Shown here: positions 61,661 through 64,000 of the stretch, one piece after another
Numbering within the stretch: the first letter of the stretch is position 1
Layout of the letters: every line of letters starts with the position of its first letter
Origin: Octopus sinensis
Taxonomy: Eukaryota
Direction: 5' to 3'
DNA length: 64,000 nt
Assembly: GCF_006345805.1 (NCBI RefSeq)
Contig: NC_043013.1
Coordinates: forward strand, 57,722,001 to 57,786,000
The notes under the pieces: model-generated
Database searches by the model: none
What the model was told of the DNA's origin: nothing
The model's input: only the letters and a program-made list of their open reading frames with translations
Position numbers and translations under genes: made by a program

Positions 61661-62744
61661 TAAAGGGATACAATTATACAAATAGACGTAGCTCAATATA
61701 CTCATCATGAGTACATACCTGATAAGGCTACATCGGGCATGTGCATCACAGCTATATGTGCAAGATATTTTGATCCTATAACAAGAAAAACAGCACTTGA
61801 CCTTGCAGGTGCGGCTCAGAATTTTAGGATTTTCTTCATGTCGAGTAATCCTTCCCGCTCAAAAGATCCCTGAAGATTTGTTTAAGGATGATGAACGAAG
61901 CACACATGTTTCTAGAGGGGATTTATTAAAACCCTAAAGATTCCTCTCAACACATAGCAAGGATTTTGCCCCACTACTTCTGCTCATGATCATCAGCAAC
62001 TAAGGGACGTGCCCAACGAGTTATGGTCGAACAACTGACAAGTAAACTGAATATTTGAGCAGAATATTTGTTATAGGCCATCCTTTCTATCAACAGAAAG
62101 TATGTACATGATAACACTTAAAATCTGTTTAGGTCAAAAGCTATGAAAGCCACTAGCCAGTACAACATGATTATTATTATGGATTAATAGAGCAGTGCAT
62201 GCCATCAAAATAACGGTGGGGTAAAATATATGAAGCCCAGTATACCCATCATGACTACCCGTCTGGTAAGGGTACACCAGGCATATAATCGCAGCCATAT
62301 TTGCGCTACATGATCTCATATCAAGATAAACAGCGCATGACTTTGCATGTAGGGCTTAGTTAGAATTTTCTACAAGTCGAGTAGAAACCACAAAGAATTC
62401 CTCTCAACACATGGCTATGATTATCCCCCACAACTGCTCTGCTTTGACAATTCACCTATCTTCATCTACCATGGGACATTCTCAACGAAAATCAGTAAAG
62501 AACAGAAGCCATGAGAGCCAGTGCCTGGTACTGTACCAGGGCATTTATTATTAGTAGTATTATATGTTTTATTTTGCTTTGTATTTGTACAAGTTGACTC
62601 CAAGTCTAACCCAGAGACATAAAGAGACAGCAAGTTAGAAGATTAAGTTGGTGTTACGACTAGGGTGTCATATCTTTGGTTTGGCACAATATATTGTTCT
62701 ATAGAATGTCTAAGAAAACAAGAAGTTTGTTTTAAAATTTCGGA

Positions 62745-63260
62745 TTATATAGACAGTATTTTACGTAGGATATGTGCAATTCCTATGAGTCCTCTTTTTT
62801 GAATATCTGCCCCTTTTGCTCTCATTCCTAGGGCACCTATGACAACAGGTATTGTTTTAGTCTTGAGGTTCCATAGTTTTCTATTTTCTATTTCAAAATC
62901 TTTGTATTTGCTCATTTTCTGCTCGGTCTTGACAGATATATTTAGGTCGCTTGGGACAGTCATATCGATTTGGACGCACGGGTTTTATCAGCAATCCTTC
63001 AATATAATGTCTGACCTATTTGCATCCACCTTCCTGTCAATCCATAAAAGTGAGATGCGATCATTTTCAAGCACTGGATATGGTTCGTGTTCCCACCAGT
63101 TTTTTTATCATGAGGCAGGTTCAAGTCTTTGCAACTTCCCCAGTGAATATATCATGCCTGTTGAGATACTTTGTAGGTGCTAGAAGGAGGCTGCATATGG
63201 AGACTGCATGATCGATGGTTTCATTCTGTTGTTTATATACACAACATTTTGGTCTACTGC
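62745..63260 (-). mobile_element. R4/Dong/NeSL-type non-LTR 3' fragment
   Basis: MTVPSD.NI..K..K.SKYKD.EIE..KLW...TIPVVIGALG...GIAHILRKILS. Confidence 0.8.
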
Positions 63261-63465
63261 AGCTCTAACCTGATAGTTTGTTGTAGTTAGCTCTCCCTTC
63301 AATTACGAAAATCTAAGTGTACTCAAAATGTAGCACGCAATAACATACAATGCTATACACACTACTATTAAGTATTACAGTAATACAAGCTGATCGCTTA
63401 TTCCCTTAATAACGAGCAAGGTAAATAATTTCAATTTACGTATATAAATCACCTAAATTTTCTTT

Positions 63466-63498
<33 letters not shown>

Positions 63499-64000
63499 TA
63501 GTGTGCTTCTTTAACGTTACACAGTATCATCTGAATCAAAATTTCTCCCTCTTCTATGGCAGGGAATAGAAATTAATTTGTAAAGCTTTAATGAACTCTA
63601 GAAGATTTAGAATAAGCCTACTTACAGATAGTGCACTCTTCTATGGAGATTTAATCACTTCTTCGTATAAATCAATTTCTTTCCAGCGAATGAATTAATG
63701 AGGTCATATTTGTTGCGGAATTAATAAGGTTTCACTTTACTTATATCAGATGCTGATGTATTGAAGCATCGTATTTGTACTTTGGATTTGTTACTAAGAT
63801 GGAATGAAACAGGATATACTTTAAGAAACGTATGTGAGAAATTAAATGGAAGTGAACAGGAGGAGAGACAGTGTTGCAGCCTATGAGGTGTGAGGCTATT
63901 AATGGAGGAAGTAACGATACGAAGCCGAGTGTCGGAGCGGCATCAGGCAGGCTTTAGACATAAAGTCAATCAGAGACGCCAATCTAGGCGCTCAACAATG

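Noticed and set aside
1120-61900. Other CTGANGA hits (about 1120, 4917, 10588, 16623, 26841, 29313, 35954, 54148, 61871) and a GAAA hairpin at about 16430-16455
   Set aside because: Each lacks a paired stem II followed by GAAA, stem III and an NUH site, or lacks the core itself.

Overview
AT-rich, repeat-dense eukaryotic DNA with one 100-N gap (47560-47659). The tRNA-derived SINEs match, from memory, the octopus OK/OR families, so this is probably a cephalopod; I could not confirm that by search. No host gene can be named and only weak candidate exons were seen. The window is mostly nested, decayed transposons: a full-length Tx1/L1-type LINE inserted into a SINE head, two tandem CR1/L2-group LINEs whose ORF1 carries a CCCH zinc finger (plus a Myb/SANT-like domain in the copy whose N-terminus is visible), an ORF1-only (HAL1-like) element nested in one of them, two Penelope-like elements, mariner and Tigger relics, R4/Dong-type fragments, MITEs and many SINEs. 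The main hidden structure is (i) two separate families of shared 3' tails linking autonomous LINEs to non-autonomous partners and (ii) four hammerhead-ribozyme loci. All coordinates and alignments were read by eye.
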